Source: Cyanophora paradoxa CCMP329
Taxonomy: Eukaryota; Plantae; Glaucophyta
Direction of reading: 5' to 3'
Assembly: GCA_004431415.1 (NCBI GenBank)
Contig: QPMI01000409.1
Span: 186,001-250,000 of the forward strand
DNA: 64,000 nt
The position numbers were made by a program, and so were the translations under genes. Below the pieces are notes generated by a model that was not told where the DNA came from, searched no databases, and saw only the letters and a list, made by a program, of their open reading frames with translations. This document shows positions 1 through 12,305 of the stretch, piece by piece (within the stretch, counting starts at the first letter, position 1; every line of letters starts with the position of its first letter).

Positions 1-3000
1 CGCCCGGAAGAGGCGCGCCACGCGCAGCTCGATGTTCACCTGCCCCGGCCGGATGCACTCCCGCGGGTCCGGCCGCGGCAGCGTCGGGTGCCGGATCTCG
101 TCCCACCAGCCGAAGCGCCCGCGGCCCGACGCCGTGCGCGGGAGCTCCGAGGGCCGCCCGCCCCGGGCGACCGAGGCCGGCGTGCCGGCGGCGGCGGCCG
201 GCGGGGCGCGCGGGGTGCGGGGCGCGCGGGCCGGCGTCGGCTGCGCGGCGAAGCCGCCGCTGGAGGCGGAGGGGACGGCGGAGGCGCCGGAGGAGCGGGC
301 GGAGGAGGCGGAGGAGGAGGAGGCGCGGGAAGAGGTCGAGTCGCGGGCAACGCGGCGGCGGCGGTTGCGGAGCTGGCGGCGGAGCTCGCTGCGGCTGCGG
401 ACGACGGAGAGGGTGAGGGCGCAGCGCGCGTCCTCCTGCGAGGCGCGGAGGAGCGCCGAGTCCCGCCGCGGCGCCGCCGCCGCCGGCGACGCGAAGGCCG
501 AGGAGGAGGCGGCGCGGGCCGGGGCCGGGGAGGGCGAGGGCGAGGGCGAGGCCGGGGCGTGGGCGGGGCTCTCGGCGGCCTCCGGGAGGGGCGGGGAGGC
601 GGGGCCCGGGGCGGAGAGCGAGGCGAGGAGGTTCTCGAGGCCGTCCGCCGAGCGCGTCATCAGCACGGGCGAGCCGAAGGCGCCCACGAGGGGCCGCGCG
701 GGGCCGCCGAGGCCACGGGGTCCGAGAGGCGCGCGGCCGCCGGCAGCACGGGCGAGTCCGAGGCGGCGGGGGCGGGGCCTCCGGGGAGGCGGAGGCGCGG
801 GAGAGCGTGCGGGGGAGGGGCGCCGCGGGGGCCGGGGTCGCGGCGGGGCGGGCCGGGGTGTTGAGGATGGAGAGGCAGCCGAGGTTGAAGCTCGAGAGGG
901 AGATCCGCCCCGAGCGCGTCTTGAAGCCCGACAGGCTCGCCCGCCCCGCCCCCGGCGGCGAGGCCGCCGGCGGCTCCGCCCGACGCTCTTCCTCCTCCTC
1001 CTCTTCCTCGTCGTCGCTCGCGTCGCTGCCGAGGGGCTCGCCCTCGCTCGCGCACGACGGGCTGCGCATGTACTCGAGCTCGCGGCGCGCCGCGCTGCTC
1101 CGCCGGGGCGTCGGGTCGGCGCTGCTCGAGCGGCGGGAGGCGGACCAGCGGCCGGCGGCGCCGGGCGACTCGACGGCCCACTGCGGCGAGTCGTCGACGC
1201 GCAGGCCGGACGAGAGGCGCGCGAGGTTGCGCTGCCGGCGGTCCAGGGCCGGCGAGGGCGACTCGAGCGGGGCCTCCGGGGCGCCCGGGAGGGCGGGGCG
1301 ACGGGCGGGGCGACGGAGAAGCGGGGCGGCGGCACGAAGGGCCGGTAGCTCGCGATCGGCGCCACCGCGTCCGAGCGGCGCGGGGCCGCGTGCGGCGAGG
1401 GCGCCGCCGCGAGGACGGCGAGGCTCGAGAGCCGCATCGTCCCCGGCGTGCTCATCGGGTTCTGCGCGGCGGAACCTCAGGCGGGCGGGGCGGGAAGGGT
1501 CGGGGAGCGCGGGGCGCGCACGATGGCGGAGAGGTCCGTGGCGCGGGGCGGCGAGGCGAAGTCGGGGGCCCCGCCCGCCTCCTCCTCCTCGTCGTCGGGG
1601 TCGAAGCCGGAGGCGCGGCGGGAGGCGGGGTCCTCGGGGATGCCAAGGAGGCCCAGGCCCGAGGCGGCCGAGGCGCGCACGACGACGCTCCCCGTGCTCT
1701 CCCTCTCCCTCTGCGGCGCCCCGGCCTCGGCCAGCGCGCCCGAGAGGCGGCGGGCGGTGCCGGCGGCGCCCTCGGCGAGCGCGAGGCGGGCGGCGGCGGC
1801 CTGGAGCAGGCCGCCGGTGCCGGAGAGCCCGCCGGAGGCGAGGATCTCGCTCGGCTTGAAGTTGGCGAGCGAGGAGCTCGGCGTCGGGTCGGCCGAGGCG
1901 GCGATCGTCGGCATGTAGCCGACCGTCAGCGCGCTCTTCTTGCCCCGCGCCGTCCGCTGCTCCGGCGACTCGTCCAGCGAGGGCCCGAGGGCGAGCTGCC
2001 CGGGGCCCATCGCTGCCGCCCGCGTCAGGCGGGCGGCGCTGGAGCGGGCGCGGGGCGTACACTTGCGGGCGCGGCGCTTCACGCTGCCGCCGAAGCGCCC
2101 CGCGAGGTTCTCCACGTGGTCTTCCTCCAGCGCCTGCAGGCTCGCGCTCTCCCGCGGGCCCTTCCGCTTCACCTCCGTCTGCACCAGCCGCTCCCCGCTT
2201 GCCCCCGCCGCCGCCGCCGGCGGGGCCGCCCGCGCGAACGGCACGCCGGCGGGGGGCGGGCCCCGCGGGGCTCGAGGCCGGGGCGCGCGTGCCGCCCGCC
2301 TGGCGCTCTGCCGCCGCCGGCGTCGCGTGCGGCTCCGCAGACTCCGAGCGCGCTGCGCGGCCGGCCGGAAGGTCGGGCGCGGCGAGGACGGGGCGAGGCG
2401 GAGGGACGGGGCGCCGCGCACGTCCGAAGACCAGCCGGGGACCGTTCTCGCGGGGCGTGCGGCCTGCGCCGATGCCAGCGGCTGCGGCTGCGGCGCTCGT
2501 GTCTGGCACGCCCCGAGTCAGGGAGAAGAGCAGGGCAGGCAAGTCCAAGGAGAGAGCGCACTCTCGAACATCTTCTTGCGGCCGGAGACTGGCCGCTCCT
2601 GGGAGAGGGCGGCGAGGCTCGGGCGCGGCAGCTTGCGGCCGGCCGGCTGCGGCGTCGGCTGCTCTTCCGCGCTGCTCGGGCGGCCCGGAGAGGAGTACGA
2701 GGCCGGCGGCGGCGGTGGGGGCGGGGGCGGGGGCGGGACACGCCTCTGCGGCGGCGGCGGCGGCGTGGGTGCAGGGGCCGAAGCGAGCACCGGAGCAGGA
2801 GCCGCGGCCGGGGCCGGCGGCTGTGGCTTCGGCACCGGGGCGGACATCGGAGCACGGGCCGGGGCCGGGGCCGGGGCCGGCGGCTGAGCCCTCTGAGCAG
2901 CCGCGAAGTCTGAAGTCGGTGGCTGAGGCTTCTGTGCGGCTGGTGGGGCGGGGACGTGGGCAGGCGCTGGGACCGCGGCCTGCGGCTTCGCGGCCGGAGC

Positions 3001-3760
3001 TGGAGCTGGGGCGTGCAGCGGCCCGCGGACAGGGACGGACTGAGGCGCCGGCCCCGCGGGGGCGAGCTGGAGCGGCCCTCGGAATGGCACCGAGGGGGCG
3101 GTGGCGGAGGCCGGGGGCGGGGGGACGGGCCGATGGACGGGGGCGACCGCCGGCTTCGGCTCCAGACCGGCCCTCAAGAGGGCGGCGACGGCGCCCGACG
3201 TCGCCTGATTGCTCTGCGCGGGCATAAATGAAGTTAGTGGTGGTGGACGTGCCAATCCCGGCTGGGCTTGCCTTCTCACGCGTTGAGTCATTGGACGCGG
3301 ACGACTCCGAGCTCGAGCGGCGGCCCACCGGCACATCGCGCCCGCCCCGCGAACCGGAAGCGGAGCGCCCAGAGCCAGAGTCGCGGCTGGCAACAGACTC
3401 GCCTGCGGGCGGGGTCGCCGCGTGAGATACTGCCGCGGCCGACACGTGGCAGCGACGAGCACCCGACTTGCGAGGCACGGCGCCCCCATCTGATCCACCG
3501 CTGCTACGAGGACGCTGGTAGACGTCCGACAGAGGTGCCCGACTCGCCGCGAGCGGCTGTCCTGCTGGAATCTTGACCTTCGGGGCGGCAGCCTGGGGCG
3601 GCTTCGGGGCCGGCGCGTCCTGGGGGGCGTTCTGAAACGCCCTCAGCTTCTCCCTGATTGACGTTGCAAGACCGACTGAGCTGCGTGGAGGCTCGGGAAG
3701 CCCCCAGCGAGCGATGCCGCTGGGCTGGTGGGTTGGAGACCGCGGGGCGTTGGACGCCAT
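1..3760 (-). CDS. Large low-complexity Pro/Ser/Ala-rich hypothetical protein, multi-exon, runs off the window start
   Basis: ATG at 3760 (MASNAPRSPTHQ...SIREKLRAFQ); exons include VSGRKKMFES, LQALEEDHVENLAGRFGGSV and GWWDEIRHPTLPRPDPREC; no recognisable domain. Confidence 0.5.
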   Translation of the reverse strand, partial: MASNAPRSPTHQPSGIARWGLPEPPRSSVGLATSIREKLRAFQNAPQDAPAPKPPQAAAPKVKIPAGQPLAASRAPLSDVYQRPRSSGGSDGGAVPRKSGARRCHVSAAAVSHAATPPAGESVASRDSGSGRSASGSRGGRDVPVGRRSSSESSASNDSTREKASPAGIGTSTTTNFIYARAEQSGDVGRRRRPLEGRSGAEAGGRPRPSARPPAPGLRHRPLGAIPRAAPARPRGAGASVRPCPRAAARPSSSSGREAAGRGPSACPRPRPTSRTEASATDFRLRGCSEGSAAGPGPGPGPCSDVRPGAEATAAGPGRGSCSGARFGPCTHAAAAAAEACPAPAPAPTAAAGLVLLSGPPEQRGRAADAAAGRPQAAAPEPRRPLPGAASLRPQEDVRECALSLDLPALLFSLTRGVPDTSAAAAAAGIGAGRTPRENGPRLVFGRARRPVPPPRPVLAAPDLPAGRAARSESAEPHATPAAAERQAGGTRAPASSPAGPAPRRRAVRAGGPAGGGGGGKRGAAGADGGEAEGPAGEREPAGAGGRPRGEPRGALRRQREAPRPQVYAPRPLQRRPPDAGGSDGPRAARPRALAGRVAGAADGAGQEERADGRLHADDRRLGRPDAELLARQLQAERDPRLRRALRHRRPAPGRRRPPRARRGRRRHRPPPLGRAGRGRGAAEGEGEHGERRRARLGRLGPGPPWHPRGPRLPPRLRLRPRRRGGGGGRGPRLRLAAPRHGPLRHRARPALPDPSRPARLRFRRAEPDEHAGDDAALEPRRPRGGALAARGPAPLGRGGADRELPALRAAAPLLRRPARRPALPGAPEAPLESPSPALDRRQRNLARLSSGLRVDDSPQWAVESPGAAGRWSASRRSSSADPTPRRSSAARRELEYMRSPSCASEGEPLGSDASDDEEEEEEEERRAEPPAASPPGAGRASLSGFKTRSGRISLSSFNLGCLSILNTPARPAATPAPAAPLPRTLSRASASPEAPPPPPRTRPCCRRPRASRTPWPRRPRAAPRGRLRLARADDALGGRPREPPRLALRPGPRLPAPPGGRREPRPRPGLALALALPGPGPRRLLLGLRVAGGGGAAAGLGAPPRLAGGRALRPHPLRRPQPQRAPPPAPQPPPPRCPRLDLFPRLLLLRLLRPLLRRLRRPLRLQRRLRRAADAGPRAPHPARPAGRRRRHAGLGRPGRAALGAPAHGVGPRALRLVGRDPAPDAAAAGPAGVHPAGAGEHRAARGAPLPG

Positions 3761-3949
3761 AGCACACGCTCTGTGAGCTGCAAGCTACTAGCGTCGGCTG
3801 AGCACCGCTGCAATGCCGTGCTGCTGCGCTAGACCGCGCGGCGCTACTTTACCGTTGACGTTCTTACCTGTGTACCCCCTCAAAGAAAACGGCTGTTCCG
3901 AAAATCTGCTAACACGCCCGCACGCGCTCGTTTTGCGCGAATTTTCTCG

Positions 3950-4330
3950 TGTGCTGGCTATATCGATGTCGGTCGGTGCTAGCGCTAGCGTTACCGATCG
4001 CGCAGCCGGTGCCTATCACGAGCCGCTGAGCCGCGGATCAGAGTACTCGTATACGCGTATACGAGCTAGTGCGAGCCGCGGATCAGAGTACGTATTCGTA
4101 TTCGTAGCTAGTGCCGGCGCATGCGCATGCGCAGGCGCCAAATATATGAATATATATAACATATGCATCGCGCCTAACGTTACCGTAGTACAATAAACAT
4201 TGCTGCTGGCTCACGATTAGTGATCATATTGTTAGCATTGCTGTAGCAAAAACAAAGCTCTAGTCTTAGTCGTTTCTAGTCTTACGGTTTCATAAAAGTT
4301 ACGATAACTTTGTACGGTAAGAGCACGAGG
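3950..4330. repeat. Small palindrome-rich intergenic island with a ~45-bp tandem duplication
   Basis: gagccgcggatcagagtac...agctagtgc occurs twice (4028-4072, 4073-4114); perfect 20-bp palindrome at 4046-4065. Confidence 0.8.
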
Positions 4331-4383
4331 CCCTAGGGCCCACGCGGCGGCGGGAGAGCCAGGCGCGCGGGGGCCGGACTGCG

Positions 4384-7300
4384 CTATGGGAGCTCGAAGC
4401 AGAGCAGGTCGACGGCGGATATCGTGAAGTGGCCCGAGGTCGCCGCGTGCGTGTGCGCGCCCAGAACGGGCGGGGCGGGGCCCTCCCAGCTGGGCCCGCC
4501 CCCCGGCCGCCGCGGGAGCTCTGCCGAGCGCCTGCCCCCCCCGCCGCCGGGCCTGCGCGCGCAGGCGGCTCACGCCAAGCGAGCGGGAAGGGGGTTGAGG
4601 GCGGGGGCGGCGAGCGGGCGGGGCGCACATGCCGTCGTCGGCAACGAGGGCGTCGCTGTCGAAGGTCGCGCACGCCGCCGTCGTCCCTTCGCTCAGGTCC
4701 GCCGCCAGCTTCAGCGCGTACCCCGCCCTGCCCCCGCCCCGCGCCGCCCCGCGCCGCGCTCAGCAGCTCTGGCGGGGGCAGGGGCGCGGGGCCGGCGCAC
4801 CCGCCGGACCCGAACATGATGCCGTGGACGCTGGGCCACACGTACTGCTCGTTGCGGGGCGCGGGGGGCGGCTCCCGGCCCCCGGCGGGGGACGGCCCCG
4901 GGCGCGGCGGGAGGGGCGGCCCGTCCATGCTCCGCCGGGCGGGGTGGGAGAAGGAGGTGGAGCGCTCCATGGGGGGCGGGGCGTGAACGGCGATCTCGGG
5001 CACGGGGATGGAGGCCGAGGGGGCCGACCCCCTCCGATTCGCCCACCCGCTCCCCTTGGGGGGCAGCCCGGCGGCCGCCGGTAGAGGAGCGGGAGAGGGC
5101 GAGGAAGCGGCTCCGTCCTGGGGGCGCCCCCGGGGCGAGAGGTGCGCGCGCGTCTCGGCCGCCACGACGGCCCCTGCACGACCCGTCGCCGTCAGCGTCG
5201 CCCGAAGTGCCGCGGATCGAGCCTCAGAGAGAGAGAGAGAGCTCTCGCACCGTACTTGATCGCCGGCGCCGGCCGCAGCCGGAACACGAACGTGTCGCCC
5301 GTCCCAATGTACCTGCACCGGCTGAGGGGCACGGCGATCGGTGCAAGCAGGAACGTGGTGCACCTGTCCGTCTCCGGGTGGAGCGGGGCGGTCGAGAAGG
5401 CGCCCAGGAGGGCCCCGCCCGCCGTCTTGACCAAGAGCAGCACAGGGGCCTGGAAAAGGCTGAGGCGGAGACGGTGACAGAATGAGAGCGAAGGGGGCAC
5501 CTGGTTCTTGGCGCGGGCCTTGAAGCCGGCGCCCGAGAGGCCGTCGCGGGCGCTGCAGTAGGCGAGCCGCCCGTTGGCGTTCTGGTAGCGGGCGGGGAGC
5601 CAGCCCCAGAGCGTCTCGATCTGCGGGGGAGCCGGCTTAGAGGGAGAGGGGGCGCCTCGGGGGGTGCACGGGCCAGGGGGTAGTCGAGCTCGCTGGGCGG
5701 GCGCGGGAGGTGTGAGGCGGGGCGGGCGGGGAGGAGAGGGAGGGGCGCACTTCTCCGGGTGCAGGATGGCCCGCGCCGTCTCCCCCAGGAGCTGCGAGGA
5801 GAGCTGAGAGGGGCCGCCCGGGGGGCCCCCCCGGGGCGGGGCGCGCGCCCTCGGGCGGAAGAAGGTCGGCATGGGCGAAACGGCCCGTCTGTCGGCGAGC
5901 TCCTGGCCACGCCCCGTGTGCCCGCTCCAGATCGTCTCAGCGTCCGACCGGCTCAGAGACACCCCGAAGCACTTCTGTGACCCCAGAGCGTCAGATCTGA
6001 CATCGCAGTCGCTGGCGGCGGGCGCTCGCCTTGAGCAGGGCGTCCGGGGTACGCCCGCAGGAGAGGCGCCCCACGAGGAACGAGAAGGCGGCCTCCGCGG
6101 TCTTGAGGCGGACCACCTCGTCCTTGATCAGCTGCGGGGGGGGGGGTACACGAGTCGGACTCCGGTGGTACGGCTTTCAACATAGACCCGGCCCTGCCTT
6201 GAAGATCGCGATACAGATGCGGTAGAAGACCTGCGAGCGAAGACCGCTCAGACCCGGCGGGGGGTCCAAAGCGAGGGGGGGAAAAGGGGGGGGTACTGCG
6301 CTCGCCTTGAAGCCCTCGCTCAGGTACGCGTCGACGATGCGGAAGGTCGTGCCGAGGGATACGCTGCTCCGGAAGAGCCTGGCAAACCACACCTGCACGA
6401 CGCGTCCCAGGTCCAGCCCCAGCGAGTCCAGGTCTGCGGAACGGCGGCCGCGTCAAGTCGGGGCGGGGGGCGACGGAGCCGAGGCCCGTGCGGGCCGGCG
6501 GCGGGCGCGCACGCTTCACGGCTGTAGTAACGTTGGCCTGCACGAGCGTGAGCCTCGCGGCGCAGCCCAGAGACGAGATCAAATTCGCACGCGGATGAGG
6601 TCGACCGCGGTTTCTATGGCAATGGCAGTCGTGGGAGCGGTGATCTGGGCCGGCAGTCGTCGGTCCGAGCCTGCGGGCGGAGCGCGCGGGCGGGCGTTAC
6701 CTGAAAGTGCCGCTGCTGCTCCGGCAGCCTCGGCAGCGCGTCCAGAAGCGCCGCAATCGAAGCGTACGTCTGCGGGCGGGGGCGGGTGCAGGTCGGGCGC
6801 GCCCGCAGACAGCGGGCGATCCCGCGCGCACCTCCGCTTCAGATAGGTACAGGTGCAGGATGCACACGAGGTCAGGGAGCATGGGCAGGAACGCGACCTG
6901 GGCCCGCTGCGTTAGGCGGTTCTGACCGGCCGCAGGCGATCGTCGCACCTCCGGGTGCATGTTCGCGAGCACTGAGAGCACCCTCCGCACGCCCCCGCGC
7001 CCGTCCTGCGACAGCGGGAACTCGCCGTCCCGCAGGACGCCGCCGAAGGTCGGGACTGGGAGATTCGCATGAGCCGCGGAGCGGCGGCTCGTACGAGCAG
7101 AGCGCGTACCTGAATCCGCTTCCAGATACACGTGCCGTGGTGACAGCTGCAGGTTCGCATGCGGCTCGCCATGCCCGTCCTTGTGCACCTTGCCAGTATG
7201 CTCGTGCCCAAAGGTCACGTCGCGCGCGTTCTCGTACAGGTCTGGGATCGTGAGCGTAACGCGCTATCAGCGGTGAAGAGACCGTGCGACGCGATCCCTC

Positions 7301-7585
7301 CGCTGGCAGGGACGCACTTGGCCTGGCAGCCAGCAGAGCGCGGGCTCCAGTGAGGTCCAGCCACACACGCCGGCGATGATCGGACGGTATACCACCGCGG
7401 ATGAGCTCCTTGAGGTCGATCGCGGGCGCTGTCGGATCGACGGCTTTCCACTTGTCTAGGCGCTTCTTCAGATCCGACGAGGAGACGTCTGCGTACTCTT
7501 CGGCTTGAACGCTATCTCTCCAGCTCGTGTCGGGGTGCCCGCCAGGCCCTGCCATCGGGCTGCGGCTGCGCTCTTTTTTTTCCAT
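4384..7585 (-). CDS. Rab-GAP TBC + TLDc domain protein (TBC1D24/Skywalker-like), multi-exon
   Basis: TBC motifs LKELIRGGIPSDHRRRVW, FLPMLPDLVCILHLYLSE, FRIVDAYLSEGFK/VFYRICIAIF; TLDc motifs LWGWLPARYQ...LAYCSARDGLS, LLLVKTAGGALLGAFS, YIGTGDTFVFRL, IMFGSGG; stop at 4384. Confidence 0.85.
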
Positions 7586-7914
7586 GTGATGAACTTATCG
7601 GTGAAATGAGCGACCCTATCCGCCGCAGTGAGCCTATCCGCATAAGTGAGCGACCCTCTGCGTGCACAGATCCCACTGATATCGATTGCGGGCGCGCGGG
7701 CGAGTCGATGTCTATCGTATTGCTGTACAGCCGCGCGCCCCACGGTGGGCCTAGGCCTGAGCGCGGGTCCCTACGGGTCTTGGGGAGGGCGCGGCAGGGT
7801 TCACATGCACATGCTTAAGGCGGGGGCCGGCCGCGGCACGCGGGCCTCGGCGGCCGGCCCCAAAGGGTGCCCCCGGGCTGGGGGCGACAGGATATGGGCG
7901 GCGGCGACCGCGCC

Positions 7915-10900
7915 TCAGCGGGCGTCCGGCCGCATGCTGGGCGGCATGGCCTTCGCAATGACGTTGTTGGCAACGGAGTAACCGTGCTGCAAATGCCGAG
8001 CCCGGGACGGCATCAGCTGGAGCTAAGCAAGAACGCGTGCAAGCGCAAGGCGGCACCTCGGCGAGGGTGGAGGAGGTGTAGAACCAGCGGAGGTCGGTGA
8101 TGCCCCGGTCCTTGGCCTTCGCCGCCAGCTCGCTCTGCTCGATCTCCACCACGTCCGGCACCGGCCGCCCCTGCCGGGCCTTCGCCGCGTAGTACGCCAC
8201 CCTGCCGCCGCCGCCGCCGCCGCGTGAGCAACAAACGATCCAATTCGAAGCTTCAGAGTCATCTGAGCGCACTTCTCGTTGAAGAGGGAGCGCAGGAGGT
8301 GGTAGACGAGCGGGAAGTCGTCCTTCTTCCGCTCGATGAATTTGCTGAAGGGAGAGGCCGTGTCAGGCGCGGCGGGAGGGGGGGGGGGGGGGTGCTGGTT
8401 GGGCGGGGGGGGGGGGGGGGGGAGGGGGGGGGAGGGGGGGCGCACGCGAAGGAGCGGCGGAGGGTGCGCTGGAGGGAGAACTTCTGCGTGCTGATGAAGC
8501 TGTCGAGCATCACGCGAATCGCGACGTTCAGGTCCTCGTCCTGCCCGCCGCAGAACGTGAGCTCGAAGAAACCCGAATTCAAGCACACTAGCTGACGATG
8601 CGACGCCAGATTCATTCCTAAACCCAAGTTCCAGCTACTTTTACAAGCCGAGCGGAGCCGAGCGGGGTCTCGCGAGCTGAGCGCATCTCGCGGACCTTGA
8701 CGTGGTCGCGGAGGTGCATGCGGGCGTGCGCCTCGGACATGCGGATGATGGACTCGAGGTGGCGCACGGCGATCGTCAGGCCGTCCCCCGTCGCCGACTC
8801 GCGCCGCAGCTCCGCGTACAGGTCCTGCAGCTTCTCCACCGCCACGTCCCGCAGCACGGGGTCTGAGACGAGGTGCTCCGCGATGAGGCGAGGAGGTGCC
8901 GGCGTGGGCGGGGCGCAGGGCGCGGCGCACTGCAGTGGGAGCGGGCGTAGGCGATGTACTTGCGGAGGAGGGACTGGGGGATGATCTCGATGCCCTCGGC
9001 GGCGTAGCGCTGGGGGGGCACGGGGAAGTGGGCCTCGCGCTCGGCGCGGGCCTCGGGGTCGGCGGCGAGGGCCGGGTGGCTCTTGACGTGCGAGTTGACG
9101 ACGAAGGCGGCGAGCCGCTCGTCGTCCTCCGGGTCGACGAGGTCCCGCACGACGCAGAGCACGTCGAAGCGGGACAGGATCGGCTCCGTCAGGTCCACGT
9201 TCTGCTGGAACGACGTCTGCGAGTCTGCCCGGCGCCTCAGACGACCGGCCCCCAGGGGCAGCGCGGCGCTGCGGGAGGGGAGGGGCGCACTGTAGCGGCC
9301 GCCGACGGGGTTGGCGGCGGCGATGACCGCGCAGCGGGCCTGCAGGGTCGTCACGATGCCGGCCTTGGAGATGGAGATCGTCTGCTGCTCCATCGCCTGC
9401 GGGGGAGGTCAGCGGGTGGGCGCCAGGGCGAGCTCTCGCCTCGGGGGGCGCGTGCCTCGTGGATGGAGGTGCGGTCCTGGTCGTTCATCTTGTCGAACTC
9501 GTCGATGAGGCAGACGCCCTGGTCGGCGAGCACGAGGGCGCCCCCCTCGAGGGTCCACTCCCGCGTGATCGGGTCCTTGTGCACGGCCGCCGTCAGGCCG
9601 ACCGCCGAGGCGCCCTTGCCCGTCGTGAAGACCGCCCGGTGCGCCGTCTGCTGCGCGTACTTGAGGAACTGCGACTTGGCCGTCCCGGGGTCGCCCAGCA
9701 GCAGGACGTTGATGTCGCCGCGGATGCGGTGCTTCCCGGGGACCTCCTTCGCCTGGCCCCCGAAGAGCGACATCGCCAGCGCCATCTTGATGTCGTCGTG
9801 CCCGTAGATGGAGGGCCCGATCGACGCGACGATCTGATCCGAGGCGCGTCGGCCGCAGGGGCGCCGGGGGGCGAGCAGGGGCGGGGCTGGGCGGCGGCGC
9901 ACGCGCTCGGCGATCTGCGGGTCCTTGGAGAGGCGCACGATCTCGGCCTTGTCCTCCTCGGTCAGCTCCACGCTCCCGCCCTTGGACTTCTGCGGGGAGG
10001 GCGCCGCCCGCTCGACCCGCCTCCTGGCGAGCAATGCGGGGGCCCGGAGCGCCGCACCGACTCGATGTGGTTCGCCTCAATGACCGTGGAGAAGACCGGG
10101 AAGCCGTTCTTCTTGTTCAGCGACGCGTCGAAGTTGTTCGTGTAGACGCCCGTCACCTCCTGCAGCGGCGGCGGGGTCACGCGAGGCCGAGGCGAGAGGC
10201 GGGGGCGGGAGGCGGGGAGGAGAGGGGCGCACGATCTGCTCGCCGGGGCGGCACTGGTCGATGAGGTCGCCCGTGAGGATGATGTCTTTGGAGCGCGGCA
10301 GGCGCCCCGGCGGCACGGTCCCCGGCGCCTCCTGCTCGCCCCCGTCACCGGAGGCCGCGGGGGCGGCGCTGGACGAGCGGTCGCCCGCACCTGGAGAACG
10401 ATCTTCTGGAAGTTGCGGTAGACGGTCTGCTCCTGGTTTATGGAGAAGGGGCCCTTGCTCTGGCACTCCGGGCAGTTCTGCGGCTGCACCGGGCCTCAGA
10501 CGGGACGCCGCCAGAGGCCCGGGCCGGGGTACGGCAAAGCACCTGGACCTCGTGGACGCCGTTCTGGGAGATGGGCCCCAGCACGAAGCCGCACTTCACG
10601 CAGTCGTACTTGACCAGCTGCACGGCCGGGTCTGTCAGCTGCCGGGCGCGGCGGGAGGGCGGGAGGGAGGGAGGGCGGGCGGGCCTTCAGCTGCGGGAAG
10701 ACGCCCGTGCGGCGGGTGACGACGCCCATGACGCGGATGAGGCAGTTCAGGTGGACGTGCCTGCCGGCCGGCCGGTCGGCGACAGAGGAGAAGAGGGCGG
10801 GGAAAGAAAGAGGCGGGGACCGGATCTCGCGGAGGTTGTCGTGGAGCGGGAGGTCGGCGATGCGGATGCGGACCTCCTGGCTGATCTTCCGGTACTTGGG

Positions 10901-12119
10901 GAACTCCTCCTCCACCACCTGCCCCCGCCCGCACCGTTCGGAGAGTTCCTGGAGAGAAAAGGAAAGGAAAAGGGCGGACCTTCCGGGCGACCTCGTCGAA
11001 AATCTTCAGCACCTCGATGGGGGCGTCCGCCACGAACATGGCGAGCGCCTGGTACTCCTGCGCTGGGCTCGCACGCGCCCCGCACGAGCCGGTTCGGCAC
11101 GGTCGCGCACCGGCTCCGGGATCATGTCGTTGTAGTTCACGACGAAGCTCTGGTTGTTCTCTGCCGCGACGTTTAGAGGTGGGCGGCGCTGGAATGCAAA
11201 GCGGCGCACTCGCGGCCATCTCGCGGATCGCCCGCTTGTACTTCGGCTCGAGGCCCGCCTCGACGTCCTTGGCCGGGTTGTACTTCGTGATGAACTTCCT
11301 GAACTTGGCCATAATGGCCATCTTATTCGTCTGCTGGATGACCCACTGCCTAATGGGCCCGCGGACGTCCTCGAAGTTCAAGCCGATCGGCTGCCGCGCC
11401 AGCATTAGGCAGGGCGGTCGGTCGCTCTACGCATTCGCGGAAGCTAACGCCTCGCATCGGTGGGTCGCACCTCGGCCGCGTCCTCCTCCGCGATATCGTC
11501 GGCCTCCACGCCCTGCTCCCGCGCAAGGCGCTCCAGCCTGCGCCGACGAGCGCGCGCCCTGACTTCTTCGTCATCCTCATCCTCTGCGTAGAGAGAGCAT
11601 TACGTCGTTTACGGAGCGAAAGGCGCGGGCCAGCCATACCGTCCTCCTCCTCGAACGCGGCGCGGCGGCGGCGGTCGCGGCGAGCGTCGCGGCGATCGAG
11701 CTGCTCCTCAGCTTCCCTCCTCGCCTCGTAGTCCATGTCCCCCGCCTCTTCCGCCTCGCGCTCGGCGTCGTCGTCGCGCTCATAGGCATCGAGTCCCTCT
11801 TGCGCCCGGTAGTCGCTGCGCCGCGCTGCGTGAGTGCCGCGGAAGGAAAGCGACAGCGCCTGCAGCTGAGATAGAAACGTACTTCTCGGCGTTCTCGAGA
11901 AGGTCCTCGCCCTCCTCCTCCTCCTCCTCGCGGTTCGGCTCCTCGTCCTGGAGCAGCGCATCCGCCATCGACTCCTCCACGGCCTCATCCTCCTGCTGCA
12001 TCGGCTGCGACGCCTGCTGCGAGTCCTCCTGCATCCCCTGGCTTTCGGAGTCCGGGTTGTCCTGCGCCGTGCGTGAGCACCGCTGCCGCCTGCACGTTGC
12101 GCTCGAGCGCGCGTACCAT
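7915..12119 (-). CDS. MCM2: DNA replication licensing factor MCM2, multi-exon
   Basis: Acidic N-terminus ([12 protein letters not shown]...[12 protein letters not shown]); Zn finger CVKC...[10 protein letters not shown]; Walker [14 protein letters not shown]; [19 protein letters not shown]; ILSRFD; [23 protein letters not shown]-type motif. Confidence 0.97.
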
Positions 12120-12305
12120 CTTTGCGAATCGGACGCCTCAAGACTTGCACTACCAGCGCTCTCAAAGACGAGCCTAGCCGATCTGGCGGGAACTCGTTTG
12201 TGCTGCCCGTACCCCCCGCCGGCTCCGCCCTGGGTCACCGCCCTGCTAACTGGCGAGTCTAGATCTGCTGCGACCGGAAGCTCTTAGTTGTGGTATCGAG
12301 ACTCT

